Part shown: piece after piece, positions 42,376 through 55,008 of the stretch
Layout of the letters: each line of letters begins with the position of its first letter
How positions within the stretch are numbered: the stretch's first letter is position 1
Assembly: GCA_012295275.1 (NCBI GenBank)
Contig: CM022666.1
Location: 14,260,001 to 14,324,000, forward strand
DNA from: Chrysomallon squamiferum
Lineage: Eukaryota; Animalia; Mollusca
Reading direction: 5' to 3'
Length of the DNA: 64,000 nt
Translations under genes and position numbers: made by a program
Notes under the pieces: generated by a model
The model's input: the letters and a program-made list of their open reading frames with translations, nothing else
What the model was told of the DNA's origin: nothing
Database searches by the model: none

Positions 42376-44646
42376 AAGAAGTAATCAGGACAATAATTTT
42401 GACCTGTTTTCAAATGGGTGAAATTGGTTTAATGTTAATGTTTTTCTCATCATATCAATTCTACTGTGATCCGTTAAAATTGGATATATTTTTAAAATTT
42501 AAAAAAAATTAAGCATAATAACACAGTGATACAAAAGAAACCCCATTAAAACAATTCAGATATATTCTAGAAGAACTTCTAAGTTTTGGGAGGGAGGTGT
42601 TTGTTACTTACATCCAATCTTAATTGATAACAAAGCATAATGCCAAAAGATAAGTGTACTCCAATTTTTCTGTAGCCATGATGGGGCAGACAGGTTTTTT
42701 TTTCTAAATTTTATAAATATCAGAAGAAAAAAAAAGAAGAAAAAGAAATGGCAGCCAGTTTGCCATATACACAATTCATTCAATGAGTCCAACTGCATAT
42801 GGATTTATTTATTTTTCTGTTACATACCTTCCCCTGTTTCCAAATGCTGTCCAATCTCATCAAGTAGAACTGTTTTGTTGCCACCATTGTGTAATGTTAC
42901 ATACTGACTATAAAGCAAGAAAAAATATATAGATAGTTTATGACTATTGTTCATATTACTTTTTTTTTTTAAATATATTTATTAAAGTTTAAATCCTTTG
43001 CTGAAGATAAAAATAAATTGTAAATCTAAAGAGACCAAAAAAAAAAAAAACCCAGGACATTCATAAAATTAATATAATTTTACTGCTTTACTTAATTCAG
43101 AAATTATTAATAGCGTTGCTGTATATTTTGTGAGTGAGTTTATTTGTTTGTTTTTCTGTTTTTTGGGGGGTTTGGGGGGTTTTTTTGGTTGCTTTTATCC
43201 CTATTTCTTTCTTTCTCAGTTATTATTTTTTGTTTTTGTTTTGCTGGGTTTCTGCAACTGGAGAATTTAAGAAGTGATGTGGAGTAATTTTATCAGTTTA
43301 ATTGACTTAGATAGATTTGCTGACAGACTGATCAATACAAACATATATACATGATAAAACAATCATTTAAAAAGTATATAGGCAAGTGGACCTTCATTTT
43401 AATGTGAAATATATAAAAATTTACAATCTAACAAATAATACATATCTAAAAATAAAATACATCTTACCCCTTAAAATATGGGGAAGGTCGAAGAATCTGG
43501 GTTTCTGTTAAAACAAAATAAGATGATTAAATCAATTTTCATTTGTTGAGTAGATGGACATTTTTTTTTGTTTTTTTTGTTGTCTATTTAAATATTTAAC
43601 TATTCATACATTTAACACATTTCTGTTATGTTTCTTTTATATTTCTTTAAACCAGTAGTTTTTAACCTTTCATTTTTTTTTACTGATAAACAATCGTGTT
43701 TCAAACAATGTCACTAACCTACAAAACGTCTTGTTATGCTGACTCCAAATATAGAACTTGCTTTAGGAACACAAATCATGTAGCAATTTTCCTGAGCTTT
43801 TTCATGCAGGTCCAGAAAGTTAGTCTGAAAATAAAAAAAATAAAAAATATTTGTATTATTTAAGTATTAAAAGTCCAAAATATGAAGTTTAAATTAAAAT
43901 CAGATCAACACACACCGCTCCACATATACAAACCCATCACTCACAGATAAAACTGATAAAAAATAGTAAGACATTTTTTCTTAATTATTATAAAATAAAG
44001 TAACAGTAATATTATGATTCTGAATTTCTAATTACTATATTAGTTCTCAGTATTAAAACATTTACAAGATATTATTTTAACAATTGACACTGCTCTAGAG
44101 TATATAATTATTATTATTATTATCATTATTATTTTCTTGTAAATTATATCCCTAATTATAATTTTACTTTTGCTGCTAAAACATAATTATGACGTAATAA
44201 AAACAAACTTTAAGAGCCTCTAAGCCTTCTTATATGAAGTTAATTTTATCACATTTATTAAAAAATTAAAACTAAAAATATTGAAAATAAAATTTAATAA
44301 ATAAATAACATGTTACATTGTAACCATTATTAACCAAGAATGTAATACTAATACCTAGTAGTAATAGTACTAACACAGTAACAGTAAAATTGCTGAGTAA
44401 ATGAATACTACATTATGATTATGATTTATTGATTATATTTATTAGCAATAACTTGAATAAGTGAAAAACATAATTAACTTATTAAGGAACGAACGTTATT
44501 CGTTTTAATTATAAAATAAATTTAGTATAGCTTTTACCAGCTTTAGGAATATTATTAAAAAATAAAATATAAATTTGAGCAACTGTTTAAACCTGTAGAG
44601 CTCTGAAAAATGTATTATTTTCCAATTCGTCTTCGTCACAAGACAT
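35426..44646 (-). CDS. ANKRD27/VARP-like VPS9-domain Rab guanine-nucleotide exchange factor, ~522 aa, without ankyrin repeats
   Basis: 19 GT-AG exons: 44646-44593, 43824-43719, 43504-43468, 42907-42828, 42303-42248, 41885-41829, 41596-41532, 41114-41075, 40692-40576, 39584-39508, 39142-38983, 38486-38415, 38150-38081, 37922-37882, 37663-37560, 37117-37024, 36435-36234, 35852-35777, 35486-35426; 1569 nt, all phases consistent. The N-terminus MSCDEDELENNTFFRALQ...ICVPK...ILSEELAYN resembles the ANKRD27 N-terminal domain. VPS9 core: LGVRKEFS...TPYEKLVCVK...LTSDDLIPILV...LFYMEHF...SYSLVTYKAAVEYM. Confidence 0.88.
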
Positions 44647-44961
44647 TTCGACGATTCACTTCTAGACAGGGTGTTGACTGTTCCTGAATAGTATATTCTG
44701 TCGAATTTATGTAAGGAAGTTAGATGCGCATCAAATTATTGCTATCGGTGCAAGACTAGAAAACGTAAAAGAACAATAACGTAGACGCGGAATAGAAGAA
44801 ATGCGGAAAAAAGAAATCCTCTTGAAAACAGTTGCATTCATGAAAATGAAATCATCAGTAAAATTATTTGCAAGCATTAAATTAAATTATAAACATTAGA
44901 AAATGGAAAAGTGAAATATAACATTTTACATGATGATACTTTTTCCCCTTTTTGAAATAAA

Positions 44962-45018
<57 letters not shown>

Positions 45019-45134
45019 TGATATCTAAATTAATCGGAAAATAATGGGTTTAGTTAGATGATTTTAATATTACTTAAATATATTATTTTCAGATTAATTA
45101 AATTATCACTAATAATAATGATAATAATAATAAT

Positions 45135-45185
<51 letters not shown>

Positions 45186-45428
45186 AAAATTAATTAATTA
45201 ATTAATTTTCAAAAATTATTTTAATGACTAGATTAATCTAATAAAATATCCGGTTTCTAGCCTTAACCTTTTAAGTTTTTAGAGTGTTGATTTTCAAACA
45301 CAGACCACGAATATGGCTGAACCATTTGCAAAATCAATATTCTACGAAATTATAATACTGGCAAGTTTATTATTATCAATTTTTTAATTATCATTTATTA
45401 TTTATTTATTTGAATTTTATGTGTTAAT

Positions 45429-45461
<33 letters not shown>

Positions 45462-45620
45462 TAAATAAATAAAATAAAAAAAAAAAAATAAAAAAAAATA
45501 AAAAAATTCAAAAGTAGAAAATAAAAATCAACCAAAATAAACTGAAAATTAAATTAAACTCCCAAAATAACGAATATTAATTAAAATAAAATAATCGTAC
45601 GGTATTTTTTGCATCGTTTT
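44480..45620. promoter_or_regulatory. CpG-retaining promoter region of the VARP-like gene, possibly bidirectional
   Basis: CpG dinucleotides are visibly retained around the ATG at 44646, whereas both flanks are CpG-poor. The plus-strand gene diverges from this region. Confidence 0.45.
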
Positions 45621-45774
45621 CGGATTTTATTTTTTTATTTATGTCAAGACATATTACTAAAACTGAATGGGCATAAAAAAAATAATCCCACTTATTTAGA
45701 GATTTTACACTTTATTTAATAAAAAAAAGAATAAAATTAAATAAAATAAATAAATTAATTACTACTACTACTAC

Positions 45775-45825
<51 letters not shown>

Positions 45826-46847
45826 ACCAACAAAGACTGCCAAAACAAGAAATAAATAAATAAAAATAAATAAATAAATAAATAAAAGAAACTATTCTGG
45901 TGATTGAAGTTAATTTCTGAGGGATGGGAAAATGCAAGTCTGTTTATTTTATTTAAATATTTTATTTTATTGTCTCACTTTGTTGCAAAAGTATGCGGTG
46001 TAGATGGTACAATATTAAATTCCATTTTTATCCTATATTTAATAAACTTATTGAAATGTGAATTTAAAAAATCAATTGTAAATTATAATTATATAATAGT
46101 GACCCATAATAATGATCATTATCAATTTGACGATAATGATAAGGATGATAATGATAATTGTTGTTATTATTACTGATATTGTTACAACAATCATTATCAT
46201 AATTGTATTATTATTATTATTACCACTACTATTACTACTGCTTCTACTACTATTATTCCACTACTGCTGCAACTGCTTCTACAACTACTACTACTGCCAC
46301 TATTATTATGTGACAAAAATAACACAAGCCCACATAACAGTATATGTGTAAATCTATTTTAAGGATATTAATAATTAAATCATTATTATCAAACCAAACA
46401 GTTAATGCCTTGACCCTTTGAACTATATAAAACATTACTTTGTTAAGCTAGTCTTAAAAGAAATACTGAGTATGTTAGGCCTGTTAAGGTTACAGAAGCA
46501 ATATTTACATATATGTCTCATATCTAGACAGATTATTTCTGACTACCACTGTATCGGATCATGATATTGTATTTTCAAAATTAAAGTAATTTAGTGAACA
46601 TTCATTTCATTGTCTCAGCCATCTTTGATAATGGGATATCTGTAAGGTATGTTATGCTACTAAAATAATCTGTGAATTTTTTGTATTTGTTTTGTTATAT
46701 GTTTAAATATTTCAGTATTAGTATTATTTTAGTATTATATGATATGTATTTTTTTTTTTTTTTGATTCCCAACAATATATTGTTTTTTTCTTTCTTTCTT
46801 TAAACTCCTGCCATTATTGTTGTTCAGTTTCTATATATTTTTATGTC

Positions 46848-47011
46848 TTCTTTTTCTTAAATCTCATTTGTTCAGCCTTTTTACATTTATTTGATTTTAA
46901 TTTTTGTCAAGAATTATTTATAAATAGTGTCTGTATTTATAAATAATACTTGACAAAAAAATAAATTATAATAAATGTTTAAAGACTGAAAATAAGATTT
47001 AAGAAAAGAAA
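46848..47011. repeat. Fold-back inverted repeat (~80-bp imperfect arms, ~8-nt loop); MITE-like relic
   Basis: tttcttaaatct...tttttgtcaagaattatttataaata [gtgtctg] tatttataaataatacttgacaaaaa...agatttaagaaaa. Confidence 0.7.
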
Positions 47012-47265
47012 ATTATATTTATGTTTGTACATGTATATGTGTGTGTGTATTTACATGTAGTAACACACAGATTCAGTTAATATTTATTTTTAATTAGCTA
47101 GTTAAAGACCTAAAAGCTGTACAGTATAACTGTTGAGCAGATTTGTAACTAAAACATTACTTGATGTCTAGGGAATGGTGCTTAGTCATCAGTATTATGA
47201 CTGGTAGAATCCAGGTTCAACTCACACCAACATCTTAAAAGTTTAAATAGACCTTCTCCTGTCTC

Positions 47266-47440
47266 CAGGACCATCAAGAGAAATTTTGCAAGGCATTACA
47301 AGACCCCTTTGGGGCCCCAATGCATTTTTTTTTTTTTTCAGATGTGAGGGGGATGGATGTTGCATGGATGTTGTGGAGCCCTTGTTAGCTCTTGGTCCCA
47401 GGAACAAAATACCGACTGGGACCCCTCTCTCATAACTCTG
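47266..47440. mobile_element. Degenerate hAT-like MITE relic
   Basis: GC-rich island in an AT-rich intron or intergenic region, with CAG...CTG termini, internal ggggcccc and weak TIRs. The TSD is not convincing. Confidence 0.3.
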
Positions 47441-47664
47441 TTAGTCTACAACTAATTATCTCTGACATAACTAAATAATTATGTTTCTAATGCTTAAAAG
47501 CTTTAAACAAAATTTACTTATTTACTGTATAATTTTGTATATAACATATTATTTTCCTTTTGATTTAATCAGTCAAAATGCTTGTTATATATATATATAT
47601 ATTTTAGGTTATCATATTTAATTTATCACTTAATTTAGACAATCCTTTGGTAATTTAAAACAAT

Positions 47665-48030
47665 AACTTGGAATGAAAGAAATCTATAATTTATCTTAAA
47701 TCCATTTTGTTTGATTAATTGTGAAAAAAAGAAAAAAAGAAAAAAAAAAATCCAAAGAAAGAAATGTTTATTTTAAATCCATTTTGTGACTGTTTTTAAA
47801 TTGAAAAAAAAACAACAACTAAAACAAGTTGGAATGAAAGAAATGTTTACTTTATGTTAAATCCATCATGTGACTTTTAAGTTGAAAAAACCCCCCAACA
47901 AACTGAAGTTGGAATGAAAAAAATGTATACTTTATTTTAAATCCATTTTGTGTCCATTTGGTAAACTGAAAAAAAAAACCTACCGTGCAACAAAAGAAAT
48001 CTATACTTTATTTTAAATCCATTTTGTGTC
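47665..48030. repeat. ~60-80-bp degenerate tandem repeat, ~5 copies
   Basis: Recurrent ttggaatgaaagaaat...tttattttaaatccattttgtg units. Confidence 0.75.
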
Positions 48031-48719
48031 TGCTAGCAATATGGGAAAAATGATTTGTGTTTTGTATTGCCTTAATAAACCCACACAAAAGCAGTTGTTT
48101 AAATGACTCTGTTGCAGCTAACACATAAAATCTTGTTTTGTTCTTCCATTGTATCAAATCGCTTGGCCGCACAATTTCTGTGTGGATTACACAGACAGCT
48201 AACACACAGTGGCACTAGAGGGTATCCAGTCGGATTACCTGAATTCGGTCGTGCTCTATTGATCACAATTGGTCTTTTCTCTTAAGATCGAAGTGTCAAA
48301 AGCTGTGATCAAGAACCAGTAGATATATCGGCCATTGTTGTGTAAGTGCATTAGACTTAATTTGGAAACATGGTCTGTCATTTGTAATGTTGAACTGTCG
48401 AGATGATGTTTTCATACACTGATTCATTCTGTTGAACTGGAAATGTTAATATATATATATTTTTTTTTACATTAGTGTGATAAATGTAGGATGTTGAAGG
48501 TGAGTCATTAGTTGTTTGTAACTATAGGTATGTTGAAACTTCAAACTGTTGTCAAAATATATATAAAAAAATGTTCATGTTGTTAAGCATTCAAATTGAA
48601 ATTAATAGCTTTGACATATAACCCACTCACAAAGTGTACACATGGATATACACACCTGCAGATATTAATAATTATAGATATATGTATATAGGTATGAAGT
48701 CATTTATTTAATGACTAAA

Positions 48720-48759
<40 letters not shown>

Positions 48760-50624
48760 ACAGGATAAATACAGCAATTAAAGTGACATATAATTTCTGT
48801 TCTAGTATAATCATTACAAACAATGTTGATGGTAAAACTGTTTATGTCTGATTCTTTATTCACATATGTTTTCTCTGTCATTAGTTAAGGAAATGAATAG
48901 AGATCCAAGTTTTATTCACAACAAATTTTTTTAGGCTAAGCATAAATAGTGTCCATTTTGTTTAAAAAAACAAAACAATAATAAATATATAAATTAATAA
49001 ATTAAATAAATAAATAAACTATATATTCCAGGATTCTTGTAAACAAACACATGTTATAGTATTTCTTTAATAGTCAGCATTTCTAAAATGTTTAACATAC
49101 ATAACTACCATGACATCGATATCAGAAGAGGCATATATTACATACCAGTATTATGATTATATGTATATGTATATCACACATCAAGAATAACAAATTAATA
49201 TATTATGGTAAGTAAATATTCCCAGCAGAGACTTTGGAATTCATTAACAGGACAAAATTGCTGACGTCCAGGTAAAAGAATAATCAATAGAGGTCATCAA
49301 AAATTAAAATATAATTTCCTTGGTGAAATCCAAACACAAAGATATTTAACACTTTCCAAGATGAAGCAATCTAGTCTGAATGTTCTTACATAGAGCATGA
49401 ACATGTTTTCATTAAGTTTGTGTATTGTAGATGTGTTTAATGTATTTGTTATGTAAAAGTGTTTGCAGGTGAGGAGTTTTGTTTATTTATTTAGTTAGTT
49501 TGTTTGTTTGCTTATTTTGATTAATTTCTTTATTTTTTTTTTCTAAATTTTATTTTATTCATTTATTTCATTATTTTATTTTATTTTATTTTATATAATC
49601 CAATTTTTTATTATTTTTTATTTTTTTTTTTTTTTATTTCATTTCATTTTATTTTATTTATATGGTATTAAAGTTTAAGTTATCTATCATTTTGTTCAAA
49701 ACTGCATCGAAATTATTATTTATGTTTTTTTTCCCTAAATGTTTCCTTGAATTTCTGAAAAATAAAACATTCCCTTGAATAAATATTTGTTAATATTTGA
49801 ACATGCTGTCTTCATGTTAACACTTGTGTAATTAATTTTAACTTTTTTATTTATTTATTTGTTATTCTTCTTCTTCTTCTTCTCCTAATTATTATTATTA
49901 TTATTTTCTTCTTCTTTTTCTTTTTCTTATTTTTTAATGTAAACATGTACATATACTTCAAAATAGGCACACAAATGCACACATTATATATATGCATAAA
50001 ATAATGGATTTTCTGTCAGTTTCGTTATCTATTTTCAGATTAAATCTATGACAAGGAAGAATGGTATCATAAATGGTCTGTGGTGAATTCTGAAATTTGT
50101 AAATCTTAAAGGATTAAAATACATTGCCTGAAGAAAAAAAGCAAAAGTGGAATTGACTGAAAACTGGAACTTTTTCTGTTTAATATCTTCAAGATTTACA
50201 ATTTTCTGAAATTCCAGCTGGGAACTGATACTGGGAGATGTTGTAGGCATTAAAAGATAAAACTTGAAAGATTTAAAAAAAAAAGAAGAAAAAAAAAAAG
50301 GATATTTTGAAAAATCTGACTGTATTTCATCATGCTGGTTATCAGTCTGTATGTCTTAGTTTAGAAATATTTCTCTTCTAGTCAAGTTACAGTTACAGAT
50401 CATCATGGAAATATAATAACCTTTCTGTTCAAAAATTGATGAATCTACTTATCACATATCAAAAATAAAAGTTATGACTCTATAACATTAGAAATGAACA
50501 CTAGAAAATAACATTATGACTGTATGACTTTGTAAATTAACATTATGACTGTTTAACGTTGGAAAATGACATTAATACCACATAATACTGAAAAAAAAAA
50601 AAAAAAAAAAAATTCGTCAACAAC

Positions 50625-53368
50625 ATGGATGTGTTTACGCAGACATCATGCAGTCGTTGCACGTCAGCATCGGGACGCACTTTACTGGAAGAGGCTCTGG
50701 AGAAATTCTCAGACAGACACTCGTCTCAGAATTCAGTCAATCCGATGCAGGTTACAGTCACCCATAGCAAATCATCGTTTGAACCCTCCGAGCTGCTTCC
50801 CAAGAGCAAGACTATGCTGGAACTTGATTCATGGAGTAGCAGAAATGAGAGGTCATCAAAGAGTTCTGGACTGGGCAGTACAGGCAATATGAAGAGGAGC
50901 AAGACATCGATTTTGTCAACTCCAGCACGACACTGTGATGCTTGTGCCATGGAGCATATACGAACATGGAGAAAGGCAAGTTTTTAAAGTTGTTCTTATT
51001 ATATTGTGTAAATTATTAGTATACTTAAATTATTTCCAAGAATTCTTCTTCTTCTTATTATTCTTATTATTATTATTATTGTTAACATAACATGAAAAAT
51101 ATTCAAAATGTATCCTGACTTTATATGAATCTTAAGATTCCAAAGCATTGAGAAAAGCAGGTTGGTTAAAGTTTTATAATTTTATGGTGTTAGCAAACAG
51201 TCTAAATGTACTAAGTGTGTTTCCAAGAATTTGTTTCTTATTCTTATTATTACTAGTTATTAAATAAAACATACATTTCAAAATATTTGGAATATATACA
51301 GGTTGATATCACTCTGAAGATCCCAAAGAATCCCACGAAATGTTAATGAAATTATTCAAGCCTGTACAATAATATACACTAATTACAGCGTCTTTGAAAG
51401 TTGTTATTGACTAAAATATAAATTATCACTTCTCTGAAAGGTTCAGTGACAATGTAACATACACATCATTTTATTCTACATTGATTCTGTATTATTTTAT
51501 CTATGAGGCTTAACTTCAAACAGGCTCATTCTTGAAAAATATACAAATTACAATAATTTTATTGTTTTTCTTTACATCTCATTCTGTTGTTATTTTTGTT
51601 TTTTTTTTTTAAATTTTGCTCAGGCTCATTCTGGGACATGTCTGAGTGATTCAAATCTCATGATTCAGCAATTGCCCTGTGACCTGCACGCCAGTGAATC
51701 AGAACAATGTTTACGTCCTACAACAGCTACAATGTTTACTGGAGATGTACATGTAAGTCTCTTCATGATTTGTTACACCACCTCACTGAATGTTTGACAA
51801 CGTTAATATGTTTTATAAAATACTTTACTGAACATATGGACTATTACTCTTTTTTATTTATTTATTTTTATTTTAATATTTTATTATTAATTATTTTTTT
51901 TTTTGTTGTTGTTGTTGTTGTTGTTATAGTACACGACTACTGGAACAATTTACAGAAAAAGATCAATTAAATACAACTTTACACAGACAGGCTAGAATGT
52001 ACCATGGCCTTTGATAATCCAGTTGTAGAGAATTAGCAGTAACAGGAACAAAAAATCTGTGTGTGTGTATATATATATATATAATAATATATGTATATAC
52101 TGAAACGAATTTCCCAAGAACACAGATTTTTCAAGCCACTATTGTATTACCAAAGACTAGCTGTTTAAAGAGGACAGAAAAAGTCTGAGGAGCAAGCTAG
52201 GATTGATCCTGAGTTCTGCCATGTGCCATATCTATGATCTAACCAGTTAGTTACACCCTGCTGTAAATTCACATTTCTATGTTAAAATGAACCTGTAACC
52301 AGGGCTGATGTCTTACAAAATAATGATGCATAAGCCCTTAATCCAGGTGCAGCCTAAGAAGGAGTGGCATATCTAAGGCATAGCAAATAAGGCACATGCC
52401 ATGCTGCCACTTAAGGGGGGGGAGAGGGCACCACTGAACATTTTCTGGTATTTTTTAGCTGATTTTATGGTAAAGTATCTCGAAAGATGGTGTATTGGAC
52501 AGGGTGCTTGTCATAGGAGATATTTTTTATTTTTGCCCAGAAGGGACTTTATTCCACATTGCTTGAAACTTTTAATCAAATCTAAAATGCTGTTAAACTG
52601 TTTTTATAAGAATGTGTGGACGATCTCTCATAGAACAAACCCACTGAAGATGTTTAACAAGAAAAAAGTTTTAAAATATCTGGTATTTGCTGTCTGTACG
52701 GTGATGACAATATAACATACAGAATGGATCTGTTATTCTAAAATTTCCTACAGCAACGTAATATAAAAACACCTGTCAGTCTGTTTTATGATGACATTAC
52801 TGATGCAGATGCAAAAACAGAAAATGGCTGCCTTTGAAACATTTTTTTTTTTTTTTAATTTTTAAAGTTTTATTTTTATGGTTATACTTTACTATGCATG
52901 TAGGTGGTTCACCCAAAATAATAAAATAATAACTTTTAAGTATAAAGAATTTTGTTAGCTAATATATTCATATCACCTTAACTTCCCTTTTAAACTGTTT
53001 AATTAATTTTTTAAATTATTTTAATGTCTATTTTTTAAAATTATTTTTACAACAGGGGCCTCCAGTTTTTATGGTAAAAGACAGACCACAAACAGCCTCC
53101 AGTCAGCATGAAGTATTCCTTCCTCTAGCAACAGTTCCGAAGAAAGGAATGATAAAACTGACATCCCTGGAGTATGAGCACATACTGCCAGACGAACAGA
53201 CACACCGCAGAGAAAAACGTAATGTAGCAATATTTTGATAAACCAAGACAAACTGTTACTAGTTACCAGAAGAAAATAAAATAATTCATTATTAAGATGA
53301 TTAAAATTAAGAATTAGATAAATAAATAAATAAATAAATAATAAATAAGTGTACAAATAAAATAAATA

Positions 53369-53407
<39 letters not shown>

Positions 53408-54446
53408 ACATAAATAGTTAAGTAAATATGTAAAGGAGAAAGTAGACAGGAAAACAAATAAATAAGTAAGTAAATAAATAAAGGGATAAATAAATGAATA
53501 AATAAATAAATAAATAAATAAGCTGATAAATTTATCACACTAATTTACTGTTTTTAACACTTCTATGGAATAACACGAATACAAGAAATGAAAACAACAA
53601 CAATCTGATTTTTGTTTTCAATTTAGTTTAATACAAGTGTTAGGCGTAATAAATATAATTGGATAATTACAAAAATAAACACATCATCTGCCAATTCTTT
53701 TTGTTTAATAATTAGGGAATATGAACAGAATTTATACATGATAAATTAATTTCATCTGGCTACCATGCCAGATCCAGACATTATTTAAAAAACCACCATG
53801 AAGTACTAACAGTAGAATAAACATCTCAAAAGTAAATAAAAATTACTCATTTATTTATTTTACATTTTTAATTTATCTTTTATAATACTACAATATAATA
53901 TATTTTCTTCCTTTACTTTTCATTTTTTTAATTCTAAATACACACACACACATTTTTTTATTTATCATTTTATTTTTGCTATAATGTTTTGTCAGTTTTA
54001 CTTTATTTTATTTTGTATTATTTATTTTTTCTTTGTTTATATTTTTTTGTTGATTACTCGACCCAAAAGCAACAGACATGAAGCATTATGGGAGTAAAAT
54101 ACCACAGCCTTCATTAATCTATAAGTTAAAGAATTTATTGTTAAAAATAATAATAATCAATAAATGAGTCCAAGAATATACAAGTTTGTGATTAATAATG
54201 TACATTCAGCTCTATGGAATATCCTCATTGCAAATGAAAGATTCTCACAGTGATGTTAAACTTCACACTCACTCATTCTATTACTATGAAATCTCATTTG
54301 CTGCATCCCTTTCATTAATCAGTTAATTCATTAGAGATTGTAGCCCATGATGTTATATAAATAAGTAGTACATGTATTTCAGACACTGGGGCCTTTCATT
54401 AATCAGTTAATTTACTAGTGCATGCAATCTTTGTTGTAAGTAAATT

Positions 54447-54477
<31 letters not shown>

Positions 54478-54973
54478 TATTAGATGTTTTTCAATATTTG
54501 GCCCTTTTATTAATGACAGTAAATTCAAATTTGCAGTTTGTGACATCACATAAGTAAGTAAATAAATATCGTAGAATATTTCAGAGGTTGTTTCTTTCAT
54601 TAATCACTTTATTTATTAAATATTGGCGTCAGTGACATCACATAAGTAAGTAAATAAATACTGTACATATTTCAGGGATTGGTAGTTTTATTAATCAGTT
54701 AATTTATTTCAGTTTGAAGTCACCTAAGTAAGTAAATGTCAACTCCTATTTCAGGGGTTGGTTCACAAAAACGTTCATTGCAGCAGAGAAAAAGTCTGAT
54801 CTCGAGAAAAGACATTCTCGACCAGGTCCGTATCGGAACTCTTCGACTGGAGGAGGAAGAAAGACGCAAAGCCATGGAGTTCAATTTCAATAAAACTGTA
54901 CAAGACTACACTTTTGGCGATTTACAGGAGACTGTCATAAAATATGCAAATGTGAGTATTTGGTTTATATATA

Positions 54974-55008
<35 letters not shown>

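Noticed and set aside
47165-47235. tRNA-like sequence with B-box ggttcaactc; a similar one on the minus strand at ~52190-52260
   Set aside because: No intact cloverleaf; at most decayed tRNA-derived SINE heads
52360-52715. 104-aa ORF and GC-rich patch
   Set aside because: Intronic, no splice-phase fit, and it looks like a decayed DNA-transposon end
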